Of a DNA stretch of 64,000 nucleotides, positions 29,777-40,553 are shown piece by piece. How positions within the stretch are numbered: position 1 is the stretch's first letter; the number at the start of each line of letters is the position of its first letter. Source of the stretch: Acidimicrobiales bacterium (GTDB taxonomy: Bacteria > Actinomycetota > Acidimicrobiia > Acidimicrobiales > Aldehydirespiratoraceae); assembly GCA_965207755.1 (NCBI GenBank), contig OZ242297.1:199406-263405 (forward strand). The letters run 5' to 3'. The translations under genes were made by a program, and so were the position numbers. A model generated the notes under the pieces. It was not told the DNA's origin and made no database searches. It was given only the letters and a program-made list of their open reading frames with translations.

Positions 29777-30841
29777 CTAGCAGCGGGCGAGCGCGGGCGA
29801 CAGGGGCGCCACCAGTTTGGCCGCGCCGATGAGGGCGTGGAAGTAGAAGTGGGCCACCACTGCGCCTGTGACGGTGGCCGCGGTGTCGTGGCCCCGCTCG
29901 GTGGGCTCCAGGGGGCCGGTGTCGGCCAGCATCCGTGCCTTGAAGCCGGCGATGAACTCTGCGTCGGTGATCAGCAGGCAGACCTCCTGGTTGCAGCGGA
30001 AGCTGTGACGGCTGAAGTTCGACGAGCCGATGAGCAGCTTGTCGTCGTCGGCCAGCAGGAAGCGAGCGTGGAAGAAGTCCGGGTAGGTGCGCAGTTCCAC
30101 GCCGGCGCGGGCCAGGCGGCGCCAGATATAGGGCTCGGCCAGGCGCAGCCAGCGGTAGTTGTTCTGCTGGGCGGTGATGACGGTCTTGGCCGGGGCCCGG
30201 GCCTGGCCGAGCAGCTTGACGATCCCGACGTCGAGGGAATAGGGGGAGGCCAGCACGAGGCTGCGGGCCGCGCCGTTGATGATCTCGCTGAACGCGGGCT
30301 CGATCTCCCTGTTTGTCAGCACCGCAGTGTTCACGGAGCGGCGGTCGCCCCGTTCGGTGCGGGCGAAGTCGTCCGTGAGGGCGTCCACGATGGCGGGGTC
30401 TGTGGTGCGGATCATGAAGTCGCGCCAGGCGAAGTTGTGGTCGCTGATGTTGATGCCGCCGAGGTAGGCGTGGTCGTCCACCACGTAGAGCTTCTTGTGG
30501 TTGCGGCTGAGGCCGAAGAACTTCACCGGTCCGAAGGGCTGGGTGAAGGTGACGGCCACGTCGGCGGACCTGAGCCGGGCGAACATGGCCTTGGTCTCTG
30601 CGGCCTCGTGGAGCACGGACGGGTCGGTGTCCTTGCGGTCGCTGACGTAGCGCAGGGCGAAGCAGTCGACCGCCAGCCTCACGTCCACGCCCCGGCCGGC
30701 GGCCCCGGCCAGCAGGTCGGCCACGGCCAGGCCCGAGGCGTCGCCGTCGAAGGTCATCACCTGTACAAGCACCCGCCGCTCGGCCGAGGCCAGGGCCCGG
30801 TGCAGGTCCTCGATGAACTCCTGATTCGTCAGCAGCTGCAA
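29777..30841 (-). CDS. Phospholipase D-like (HKD) domain protein
   Basis: First motif NHKKLYVVDD..GGINIS. Second motif HARFLLADDDKLLIGSSNFS (HxR instead of HxK). 354 aa. Confidence 0.75.
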   Translation of the reverse strand: MQLLTNQEFIEDLHRALASAERRVLVQVMTFDGDASGLAVADLLAGAAGRGVDVRLAVDCFALRYVSDRKDTDPSVLHEAAETKAMFARLRSADVAVTFTQPFGPVKFFGLSRNHKKLYVVDDHAYLGGINISDHNFAWRDFMIRTTDPAIVDALTDDFARTERGDRRSVNTAVLTNREIEPAFSEIINGAARSLVLASPYSLDVGIVKLLGQARAPAKTVITAQQNNYRWLRLAEPYIWRRLARAGVELRTYPDFFHARFLLADDDKLLIGSSNFSRHSFRCNQEVCLLITDAEFIAGFKARMLADTGPLEPTERGHDTAATVTGAVVAHFYFHALIGAAKLVAPLSPALARC

Positions 30842-30872
30842 CGGCCCACCGCCAGTCGCCCGCCGTGAGCCG

Positions 30873-31514
30873 CTAGCGCCCCGGCGAGGCGGGGAAGATC
30901 CCGGGCATCAACTCGAAGCCGGGGATCCGCTTCACCCGGTCGGTCCAGCGCCGCAACGCCGGGTAGTCGAGCCGGGAGATCCCGCCCTCCTCCGACAGCA
31001 CCACGTCGGGGAACAGGGCGATGTCGGCGATGGTGGGATGGTCGCCCGAGCACACCCACGACCGGCCCCCGCGCTCACGGAACCACAGATGCTCGTCCAG
31101 CACTCGGAAGAGACGGTGGGCGCCGGCCTGGCACGCCTCGAGGTCGAAGTCGTAGCCGAGGTTGACGCACAGCCGGGCCGCCGACGCGGTGTTGGTGGTG
31201 CCCTCCGCGAACAGCATCCACGAGGCGGTCTCGCCCAGCAGCCCGGGATCGCCGGTCGGGTACCAGCGTCCGCTCGGGTCGTGCTTGGCCGCCAGGTACA
31301 CCAGGATGGCGTGGGCGTCCCACAGGATGTAGCCGTCGTCGTCGATGACCGGGATGTGGCCCAGCGGGTTGATCTTGCGGAACTCCTCGCCCTTGTGCTC
31401 CCACCCCGGGAAGAAGTCCACGGGGACCGGCTCGTACTCGACGCCGAGGATGCTCATCATCAGCCGCTGCTTGTAGCAGTTGACCGACAGCACGTAGTCG
31501 TACAGCTTGATCAT
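30873..31514 (-). CDS. Glutathione S-transferase family protein (NdmE-like by context)
   Basis: 213 aa with a GST N-terminal thioredoxin-like fold (INPLGHIPVIDDDG) and a C-terminal helical domain. Confidence 0.8.
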   Translation of the reverse strand: MIKLYDYVLSVNCYKQRLMMSILGVEYEPVPVDFFPGWEHKGEEFRKINPLGHIPVIDDDGYILWDAHAILVYLAAKHDPSGRWYPTGDPGLLGETASWMLFAEGTTNTASAARLCVNLGYDFDLEACQAGAHRLFRVLDEHLWFRERGGRSWVCSGDHPTIADIALFPDVVLSEEGGISRLDYPALRRWTDRVKRIPGFELMPGIFPASPGR

Positions 31515-31530
31515 CGCTTGCCGCCCAGCC

Positions 31531-33387
31531 TCACAGGTCGAGCACGAGCCGGTCGGACAGGGCCCGGGACACGCAGGTCATGATCCGGTCGCCGGCCTCG
31601 TGGTCGGAGTCGTTGAGGTACACGTCCTGGTGGTCGGGCTCGCCCTCTATCACGGTCGCCACACACGTGCCGCACGCCCCCTGCTCGCACGACGACGGCA
31701 GGGGCACCCCGTTCTCCCGCAGCACCTCGAGGATCGTCCGGCCCGACCCGACGGTGACGGTCAGCGCCGAGCGGGCCAGGGCCACCTCGAACGTCGACGA
31801 GTCGTGGATCTCGTTGGCGTTCTTGAAGTACTCGAAGTGGACGTGATCGTCGGGCCAGCCGGCCGCGGCCGCCTCCCGCCGGGCAGCCTCCAGCATCGGT
31901 CCGGGACCGCACACGTACAGGTGGGTGAACTCGTCGTGGGCAGCCACCAGCCGCCGGATCTCCGCGACCGTCTCGTCGGGCGGGAGCCCGAGATGGCGCA
32001 CGACGGATGAGCCCAGCCCGTCGAGCACGTCGCTGAACGCGGTGTGCGCCGCTGACTGGGCGAAGCAGTGCAGCTCGAAGGGAAGCGACATGCGGTCGAG
32101 GGCCTGGGCCATGGCCAGCAGCGGGGTGATGCCGATGCCGCCGGCCAGCAGGATCGTCCGCATCGAGTCGCGCCGCAGCGGGAAGTTGTTGCGGGGCTCG
32201 GAGACGGCCAGCACGTCGCCCTCCCGCACCGCCTCGTGCAGGCAGACCGACCCTCCGGTCGAGTCGGGCTCGAGCTTGACCCCGAGGCGGTAGTACGACG
32301 TCTCGCCGGGGCCGTTGGTGATGGAGTACTGGCGCACCAGCCCGTTGGGCAGATGGACGTCGATGTGGGCGCCCGGCTGGAACGTGGGCAGCACCCCGCT
32401 GAGCGGGGCGAGCTCGAAGGCGGCCACCCCGGTCGCGGTCTCCCACTTGCGGCGCACCTGCACCCGCAGCGCGGCCTGGCGGCCGGACGGAGCTTCCGGC
32501 ATTTCCGCCAGGTGCAGCGGAACCTGCTGCAGCACGGGCACCATCGGCTCGGGGGCCGGCAGCAGGGCGGCCTCGGCCTCGATCCTGGCCACCAGCCCGC
32601 TCAACCCGGTCGCGTGGTGCCGCAGCACGGCCGTCTGCTCGCCCGCCGGAGGCGTCTCCGCCAGCACAGCCCTGATCACGCTGCGCCCCGAGTCGACCGG
32701 CTGCACGAAGAACACCGCGGTCGATGACGCCCCCGACGCCGAGCCCGGCGCCCCCGCCCCCGACGCCGAGCCCGACGAGCCCGCCGAGCCTGACGCCGAT
32801 GACGACGAACGGTCGGCGCCGTCGGTGGCGGTGAGCGCCACCGAATAGTCGTCGGGCCACTCCACCGTCATCTCCGCCGACTCGGCGCCGAGGCTCCCCG
32901 AAGGCAGGAACCGGTGAGTCTGCAGGTGCTGAAGCACCAGCTCGACCGACGCGTCGACCGGCAGGTTGCGCAGCCCGAACGGCGTGCCCGCCTCCAACAC
33001 GTCCACCGTCGGCGGCTCGCCCACCGGATCCTCGCCCGACCACACCAGCCCGTAGCGCTCCACCGACGGGAACGTGCGGTTGCAGATGGTCCGGGCCGGG
33101 GCGTCGGCCGGATGGGCGGGGATGTAGGTGCATCCCGCCGACCGGTTGGCGTAGCGCCATCCGTGGTACTGGCAGCGCAGCTCGGTGCCGTCGTTGCTGC
33201 CGATCGACAGCCGCACTCCCCGGTGCAGGCACCGGTTCTCCCACACGTTGACGTAGCCGTCGTCGGCCCGCCACACCGCCAGCTCCCGGCCCAGAAGCTG
33301 GGCGTGGCACACGTGGCGGTAGGGCACGTCGTGAGCCGACGCCACCGGATGCCACATCGTGAACGGATCGGCTGTCACCAGGGTCAT
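31531..33387 (-). CDS. Rieske domain fused to a phthalate-dioxygenase-reductase-type reductase (flavin/NAD/plant-type [2Fe-2S]); NdmD-like
   Basis: N-terminus CLHRG..CQYHGW. Ser/Gly/Ala linker. RQYSITN flavin motif, LLAGGIGITP NAD motif and C-terminal CEQGACGTCV ferredoxin motif. 618 aa. Confidence 0.85.
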   Translation of the reverse strand: MTLVTADPFTMWHPVASAHDVPYRHVCHAQLLGRELAVWRADDGYVNVWENRCLHRGVRLSIGSNDGTELRCQYHGWRYANRSAGCTYIPAHPADAPARTICNRTFPSVERYGLVWSGEDPVGEPPTVDVLEAGTPFGLRNLPVDASVELVLQHLQTHRFLPSGSLGAESAEMTVEWPDDYSVALTATDGADRSSSSASGSAGSSGSASGAGAPGSASGASSTAVFFVQPVDSGRSVIRAVLAETPPAGEQTAVLRHHATGLSGLVARIEAEAALLPAPEPMVPVLQQVPLHLAEMPEAPSGRQAALRVQVRRKWETATGVAAFELAPLSGVLPTFQPGAHIDVHLPNGLVRQYSITNGPGETSYYRLGVKLEPDSTGGSVCLHEAVREGDVLAVSEPRNNFPLRRDSMRTILLAGGIGITPLLAMAQALDRMSLPFELHCFAQSAAHTAFSDVLDGLGSSVVRHLGLPPDETVAEIRRLVAAHDEFTHLYVCGPGPMLEAARREAAAAGWPDDHVHFEYFKNANEIHDSSTFEVALARSALTVTVGSGRTILEVLRENGVPLPSSCEQGACGTCVATVIEGEPDHQDVYLNDSDHEAGDRIMTCVSRALSDRLVLDL

Positions 33388-34643
33388 GCTGTCTCCCTAC
33401 CGAGATCGATGAACGGATACTCGCACACTTCCGCGGCTGCCTCACCCAGGGGGCGTCCCCAGAAGTCGGCCCACTCGACGGCGAGGACGGTCCCCGGCGC
33501 GGACAGCTCCGCCGGCACCAGCCCGAAGCCGATCAGCTGCGACGTCGTGGGGCTCCAGGTGACGCTGCTGGCCCGGCCCACCGCGTCGTTGCCCGCTCGC
33601 AACGGCAGATGGTCCCATCGCACCCTGGGCGACACGTCGGGGGACAGGCCGGCGTCCATGAACAGCCTGACTACGCGCTCCACATCGAACGTCAGGCCCA
33701 CGACACGCCTGGACGGCCCCCGGCGGTTCTCGGCGGCCAGAGCCTCCCGCCCCATGAAGTCGGCGGCCTTGTCCAGCTTCACGCAGTGCCCGAGACCCAG
33801 CTCGTAGGGCGTCACGAAGTCGGCCGGGTTGGGGGCGGTGTCGGCGCTGGGGGCGTCGGGCCCGGCGCCGGTGTAGTCGGCCGAGATCAGGATCAGGCCG
33901 GCCTCCACCCGGGCGATGTCGATGGCGTACTCGCCCGCCGGCTGGATCCCGAACGGCGCCCCGGCCGAGGCCACCGCCTCCCACACCCGCTCACCACCGG
34001 ACCGCTCGACCCACAGCTCGAAGCCCAGCTCGCCGGTGAACCCCTGCCGGGCCACGGTCACGCCCACGCCGTCGATCTCCGCCGCCCGGAATCGCGAGAA
34101 CCGGAGATCACTCCAGCTCTCGCCGGTCACGGCCTCCAAGACCTCACGCGACCGCGGCCCCTGCACCGCCAGGATCCCGTGGTCGTCGGTCACGGCCGCG
34201 ACCTCGACATCGAAACCGACGGTCTCCTTCCTCAAGAACGTCTCGCACCGGTCGCCCGAGAACACGAACCTCTCCGGCTCGAAGCGGAACACGATGCCGT
34301 CGGCCACCACCTTGCCGTCGTGGGTGCACCACGGCGTGTACCAGGCGTGCCCGACGTCCATCCGGGAGGCGTCCCGGGTGATCAGGTAGTCCACGCAGGC
34401 GGCTGCCTCGACCCCCTGCACCTCGATCTTCGGTATCGGCGACATCTCGTTCATGGACACCCCGCCCCGGATGGCCCGCAACTCCGAGACCGGGTCGGAG
34501 TACACGTCGGGCACCACGTAGCCGCCCCAGCCGAACCACCAGGTGGACGCCATCCGCGCCACGGTCCCCCGGTGGAACGGCGTCCCACGGAGGGCGCCGG
34601 CGGGCGCCGCGTGCCCTTCCAGTCCCGTCATCGGCTCGCCCAT
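33384..34643 (-). CDS. Aminomethyltransferase (GcvT) family folate-binding protein
   Basis: 419 aa with a GCV_T/GCV_T_C pattern (FTGELGFELW). Its stop overlaps the downstream start (ATGA). Confidence 0.85.
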   Translation of the reverse strand: MGEPMTGLEGHAAPAGALRGTPFHRGTVARMASTWWFGWGGYVVPDVYSDPVSELRAIRGGVSMNEMSPIPKIEVQGVEAAACVDYLITRDASRMDVGHAWYTPWCTHDGKVVADGIVFRFEPERFVFSGDRCETFLRKETVGFDVEVAAVTDDHGILAVQGPRSREVLEAVTGESWSDLRFSRFRAAEIDGVGVTVARQGFTGELGFELWVERSGGERVWEAVASAGAPFGIQPAGEYAIDIARVEAGLILISADYTGAGPDAPSADTAPNPADFVTPYELGLGHCVKLDKAADFMGREALAAENRRGPSRRVVGLTFDVERVVRLFMDAGLSPDVSPRVRWDHLPLRAGNDAVGRASSVTWSPTTSQLIGFGLVPAELSAPGTVLAVEWADFWGRPLGEAAAEVCEYPFIDLGRETA

Positions 34644-34685
34644 CGGTACCGCCTGCCCATTTGGCTTGAAACAGCCCTTACGGGA

Positions 34686-34704
34686 TGATAAGAACCAGTT
34701 ATCA
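34686..34704. promoter_or_regulatory. Candidate operator TGATAA-N7-TTATCA in the divergent gcvT-like/BMP-SBP promoter region
   Basis: TGATAAGAACCAGTTATCA lies 43 nt upstream of the gcvT-like start and 31 nt upstream of the SBP ATG. Confidence 0.55.
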
Positions 34705-34734
34705 CCCTGTCAAAACACCTGGGGAGGGAACGAC

Positions 34735-35982
34735 ATGAGACAGGCCCGATGGCTGATGGCACTTCTAGCCGTGTTCGCGTTGGTGGCCGCGGCGTGCGGG
34801 GACGACGACGACGCTGCCCCGGCCGAACCGGCAGCGCCGGCGGAAGCACCCGCGGAAGCCCCGGCCGAGGAAGCCGCGCCCGCCGAGGAGCCTGCCGAAG
34901 AGGCGCCGGCCGAGGAAGCCGCGCCTGCCGAAGGGGCGCCGATGGAGGAAGAGGAGCCCGCCGAAGAGGCCGCGCCGTCCGACGGCACCGGCTACTCGGT
35001 GGCCTTCGTGTTCGACGGGTTCCTGGACGACGGCGGATGGAACACCACCCACCACCGTGGCGTGCAGCAGGTACAGGCAGCGCTGCCGGGCCTCGACGTC
35101 CAGTTGGTGACCGAGATATCTCCCGGCCCGAGCGCGACCAACGCCTTCGAGGACCTCGCCGAGGCGGGCGTGGACATGGTGATCGCCACCGGCTTCTACC
35201 AGCCCGACGCCGAGCCGGTCGCGGCCGCCTATCCCGACACCATCTTCCTGACCTGGGCCGGATGGACGACCACCGACAACATGGGCCACTTCGACGGGGC
35301 CACCGAGGACGGCCGCTACCTCGACGGTCTGATCGCGGGGAGCGTCACCGAGAGCGGCATCATCGGCTATCCCGCCGGGTTCCCCATCGAGGAGGTCAAC
35401 CGGGCCCTCAACGCCTTCACCATCGGCGTGCGCGAGATGAACCCCGACGCGGTGGTGCAGGTCGTGTACATCAACAGCTGGTACGACCCGCCCGCCGAGC
35501 AGCAGGCCGCGGAAGCGCTGGCCAACGCCGGCGCCGACGTGCTGGCCCACGAGCTGAACTCCCCGGCGGTGGCGTCGGTGGCCGAGAGCCGGGGCCTCAA
35601 CATCATCGGCTACTCCTCGGACCGTTCGGCTGAGGCGCCCAACGCCTGGCTGTCGTCGTTCACCTTCGAGTGGGGCGGCTACTACACCGACCAGATCAAG
35701 TCCATGATGGACGGCACCTGGGCGCCGGCCCTCAGCTACGGCGGGCTGGCCGACGGCTTCATCGGCAACGCGCCGTACGGCCCCGACGTCAGCGACGAGA
35801 TGCTGGCCCTGGTCGAGGAGCGTCGCCAGCAGATCATCGACGGGACGTTCGACTACTTCGCCGGACCGCTGATGGACAACGAGGGCAACGTCCAGGTGCC
35901 CGACGGCGGCACCATCCCCTTCGGGGAGCGGACACTCTGCTGCCTGTGGCTCATCGAGGGCATCGAGGGCTCGATCAACTGA
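34735..35982 (+). CDS. BMP family (PnrA/Med-like) ABC transporter substrate-binding lipoprotein
   Basis: MRQARWLMALLAVFALVAAC lipobox, Pro/Ala/Glu linker, then a Bmp-type body. RBS GGGGAGGGAA. Confidence 0.85.
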   Translation: MRQARWLMALLAVFALVAAACGDDDDAAPAEPAAPAEAPAEAPAEEAAPAEEPAEEAPAEEAAPAEGAPMEEEEPAEEAAPSDGTGYSVAFVFDGFLDDGGWNTTHHRGVQQVQAALPGLDVQLVTEISPGPSATNAFEDLAEAGVDMVIATGFYQPDAEPVAAAYPDTIFLTWAGWTTTDNMGHFDGATEDGRYLDGLIAGSVTESGIIGYPAGFPIEEVNRALNAFTIGVREMNPDAVVQVVYINSWYDPPAEQQAAEALANAGADVLAHELNSPAVASVAESRGLNIIGYSSDRSAEAPNAWLSSFTFEWGGYYTDQIKSMMDGTWAPALSYGGLADGFIGNAPYGPDVSDEMLALVEERRQQIIDGTFDYFAGPLMDNEGNVQVPDGGTIPFGERTLCCLWLIEGIEGSIN

Positions 35983-36051
35983 CAAACAGGGTGGCGGGCC
36001 GGCCTCTCGGGGCCGGCCCGCAGCCCCACCCCATGGGTTACGGTCGGAGCC

Positions 36052-37607
<1,556 letters not shown>

Positions 37608-37611
<4 letters not shown>

Positions 37612-38699
37612 CCCTGCGCGTCTCCGTCGAGCCGCGGGCCAGGCCGGCGCTGCCGGTTCGGCTCGGCGTCCCGGTCGCGTCGCTGGCCGCGGCCGGCTTG
37701 GCCGGAGCCGTCGTGATCCTGATCGCGGGCGCCAGCCCCTTCGAGGCCTACCGCACCATGCTGGACGCCAGCCTGAACGGCTTGCGGCCCCTGACCCGCA
37801 CCCTGGTGCTGGCCACGCCGCTGATCCTCACCGGCCTGGCCGCTGCGGTCGCCTTCCGCATGAAGGTGTGGAACATCGGGGCCGAGGGCCAGCTCTACAT
37901 GGGGGCCATCGCGGCCGCCGGGCTGGCTCTGGCCCTGCCGCCGGGCACTCCGAAGCCGCTGATGCTGCTGGTGATCCTGGCGGCCGGCGCGGTGGCGGGG
38001 GCGCTGTGGGCCGGGCTGGCCGCGCTGCCCAAGGCCTACTTCAACACCAACGAGGTGATCACCACCCTGATGCTCAACTTCGTGGCCCTGTACTTCATGA
38101 ACTATCTGATCTTCGGTTCGGTCAGCTTCTGGCGCGACCCCGAGGCCATGTTCCCGCAGGGCAAGCTCATCGGTGACGCGGCCCAACTCCCGATCATCTC
38201 GCACCGGCTCCACTACGGGCTGCTGGTGGCACTGGCGGCTGCGCTGGTGCTGTGGTGGAGCCTGCGGGGCACCACCTGGGGGTTCGAGCTGCGCACCATC
38301 GGCGACTCCCCGGCCGCCTCCCGCTACGCGGGGATGAGCGTGAGCGGCAAGATCCTGTCGGTGCTGGCCCTGTCGGGGGCGCTGGCCGGCGTGGCCGGAG
38401 CCATCGAGGTCAGCGGCGTGCTCAAGACCCTCGACCCCCGGGCCATCGCCACCGAGCTCGGGTTCACCGGCATCGTGGTGGCCGCCGTCGCCCGGCTCAA
38501 CCCCCTCGGCGTGGTGCCGGTGGCCGTGCTGCTCGGCGCGGTGGTGGCGTCGGGGACCAGCCTGCAGACCGTCGGCCTCGAGGCCGAGATCGTGTTCCTG
38601 CTCCAGGGCCTGATCTTCCTGTTCGTGGCGGCCGGCGAATTCTTCCTGGCCAACCGTCTCGTGCTCCCCAGGACGGCGGCCGCGGTGGGTTCGCCATGA
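37608..38699 (+). CDS. ABC transporter permease (BPD_transp_2 type)
   Basis: ATGA overlap with the ATPase stop. Multi-TM, 363 aa. Confidence 0.85.
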
Positions 38700-38782
38700 A
38701 CGACGCTGTTCTGGACGGCGGCCGCGGTGGGTTCGCCATGAACGACGCTGTTCTGGACGGCGCGGCGGTGGGTTCGCCATGA
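38696..38782 (+). other. 28-codon junction mini-ORF made by triplication (42 + 41 bp) of the permease-permease ATGA junction
   Basis: GGTGGGTTCGCCATGAACGAC occurs 3 times, with ATGs at 38696, 38738 and 38779. ATGA overlaps at both ends. Confidence 0.6.
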
Positions 38783-39726
38783 ACGACACCGTCCTGGTCC
38801 TGTCGATCGTCAGCGCCATCGTGGCCGGCACGCCGATCCTGTTCGCCACTCTCGGCGAGGTCCTGACCGAGCGCTCCGGGGTCATGAACCTGGGCGTGGA
38901 GGGGATGATGCTCATCGGGGGCGTCACCGGCTTCTGGGCCGGGGTCCAGACCGGCAACCTCTGGCTGGCGCTGCTGGCCGGCGGGCTGGCCGGAGCGGTG
39001 CTCAGCGGGATCCATGCCCTGCTGGCCATCTCGCTGCGGGTGAACCAGATCGTCTCGGGCCTCGCCCTCGTGATCGTCGGAGGGGGGCTCTCCGCCTTCT
39101 GGGGCAGCAGCGGCGACACCCCGCTGATCCAGAGCTTCAACGGCGTGCGGGTCGATCCGCTGCTGCCCGAAGCCCTGCGGGACCTGCCCGCGGTGGGTCC
39201 GATCCTGTTCGGCCACGACCCGGTGGTGTACCTGTCGTGGCTGATCGTGGCCGCAGCCGCCTACTTCCTGTACCGCACCAACGCCGGCCTGTCGCTGCGG
39301 GCGGTGGGGGAGGACCCGGCCGCGGCCGACGCCGCCGGCCTGTCGGTTGCCGGCATCCGCTACCTGTTCACCCTGGTGGGCGGCTTCGGCGCCGGGGTGG
39401 GCGGCGCCTACCTGGCGCTGGCCGTGCTGGGGACCTGGCAGACGGGCATGACCGCAGGGGCGGGCTGGATCGCGGTGGCGCTGGTGATCCTGGCCGGTTG
39501 GCGGCCCTGGCTGGCCCTGGCCGCCTCCTACGTGTTCGGCGCGCTGCGCACGTTGGGGTTCACGCTGCAGATCGCCGGAGTCGAGGTCCCGTCCGACTTC
39601 CTGAACATGATCCCGTTCGTGGTGACGTTCCTGGTGGTGATCGTGGTGTCGGCCAACCCGGAGCGGGCCCGCCGGGTGGGCGCGCCGGCCAGCCTCGGCG
39701 AGCCCTATGCGAGGGAGGCGCGATGA
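38779..39726 (+). CDS. ABC transporter permease (BPD_transp_2 type)
   Basis: 315 aa, multi-TM, second permease of the BMP-type system. Confidence 0.85.
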   Translation: MNDTVLVLSIVSAIVAGTPILFATLGEVLTERSGVMNLGVEGMMLIGGVTGFWAGVQTGNLWLALLAGGLAGAVLSGIHALLAISLRVNQIVSGLALVIVGGGLSAFWGSSGDTPLIQSFNGVRVDPLLPEALRDLPAVGPILFGHDPVVYLSWLIVAAAAYFLYRTNAGLSLRAVGEDPAAADAAGLSVAGIRYLFTLVGGFGAGVGGAYLALAVLGTWQTGMTAGAGWIAVALVILAGWRPWLALAASYVFGALRTLGFTLQIAGVEVPSDFLNMIPFVVTFLVVIVVSANPERARRVGAPASLGEPYAREAR

Positions 39727-40313
39727 GCGAGGCCAATGAGAGCGGCCCGGGGAGGGATGAGCTGGGCCTCCAGATCGGGGCCAAGGTCAAGGCGCTGCGA
39801 GCCGAGCGGGGCCTGTCGGGCCGCAAGCTGGCCGCGGCCGCCGACGTCAGCCAGCCGTTCCTCAGCCAGCTCGAGGCCGGGAGGACGTCGGTGGCCATAG
39901 CCACGCTGTACCGCTTGGCGTCCGCCCTCGACATCAAGCCGTCGGACCTGCTGCCCGACCCGCCGACCGACACCGAGGTCGAGGTCCTGCGGGCCGCGGA
40001 GCTGGATCAGATGCCGGTGAGCGAACTGCCCAACGCCACCACCGCCCGGACCGCCTACCGGGGCGGCCGGCGGATCACCGAGCTGGGCGACTTCCGGATC
40101 GAGCCCGGCCCCGACGTCGACGAGTGGTTCGAATCCTCCGACGAGACCGTGATCTACGTGATAGAGGGATCGCTGCACGTGGACTTCGAGGACCGCCCCC
40201 GAGTGACCCTCCACGCCGGCGACGTCATGTTCCACTCGGCGTGGGTCCGGACCCGCTGGCGCCTGGCGTCGGGGTCGCCCGCCCGGGTGGTCCTCGTAGC
40301 GGCCGGAGGCTGA
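39723..40313 (+). CDS. XRE-family HTH transcriptional regulator with C-terminal cupin domain
   Basis: LGLQIGAKVKALRAERGLSGRKLAAAADVSQPFLSQLEAG HTH, plus a cupin region (IYVIEGSLHVDF..HAGDVMFH). ATGA overlap with the permease. Confidence 0.85.
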   Translation: MSEANESGPGRDELGLQIGAKVKALRAERGLSGRKLAAAADVSQPFLSQLEAGRTSVAIATLYRLASALDIKPSDLLPDPPTDTEVEVLRAAELDQMPVSELPNATTARTAYRGGRRITELGDFRIEPGPDVDEWFESSDETVIYVIEGSLHVDFEDRPRVTLHAGDVMFHSAWVRTRWRLASGSPARVVLVAAGG

Positions 40314-40384
40314 TCTGGACCCAGGAGGATGATCTAGTGTCCCGAGTCGTAAGTCTCATGCGGCTTGTTCAGACCTCCGTGGAA

Positions 40385-40548
40385 TCTCGGGTTGGTTCTG
40401 CGCGCTCCATCCACAAGACCGCACCGAGAAACCTGGCGGCGGCATGCTGGTGTTCCAGCAGAGCGCCCGCACCAACCTGGGGCGGGCACAGAATCTCGGG
40501 GCGATTCCGGGTACCTGCCACCCACAACCAACCCGAGATTTCTTGTGG
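40385..40548. repeat. Hairpin repeat family 1, two copies in opposite orientation
   Basis: 40385-40429 (forward) and 40494-40548 (inverted; reverse complement TCTCGGGTTGGTTGTGGGTGGCAGG..CGCCCCGAGA), between convergent genes. Confidence 0.8.
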
Positions 40549-40553
40549 GCCAG

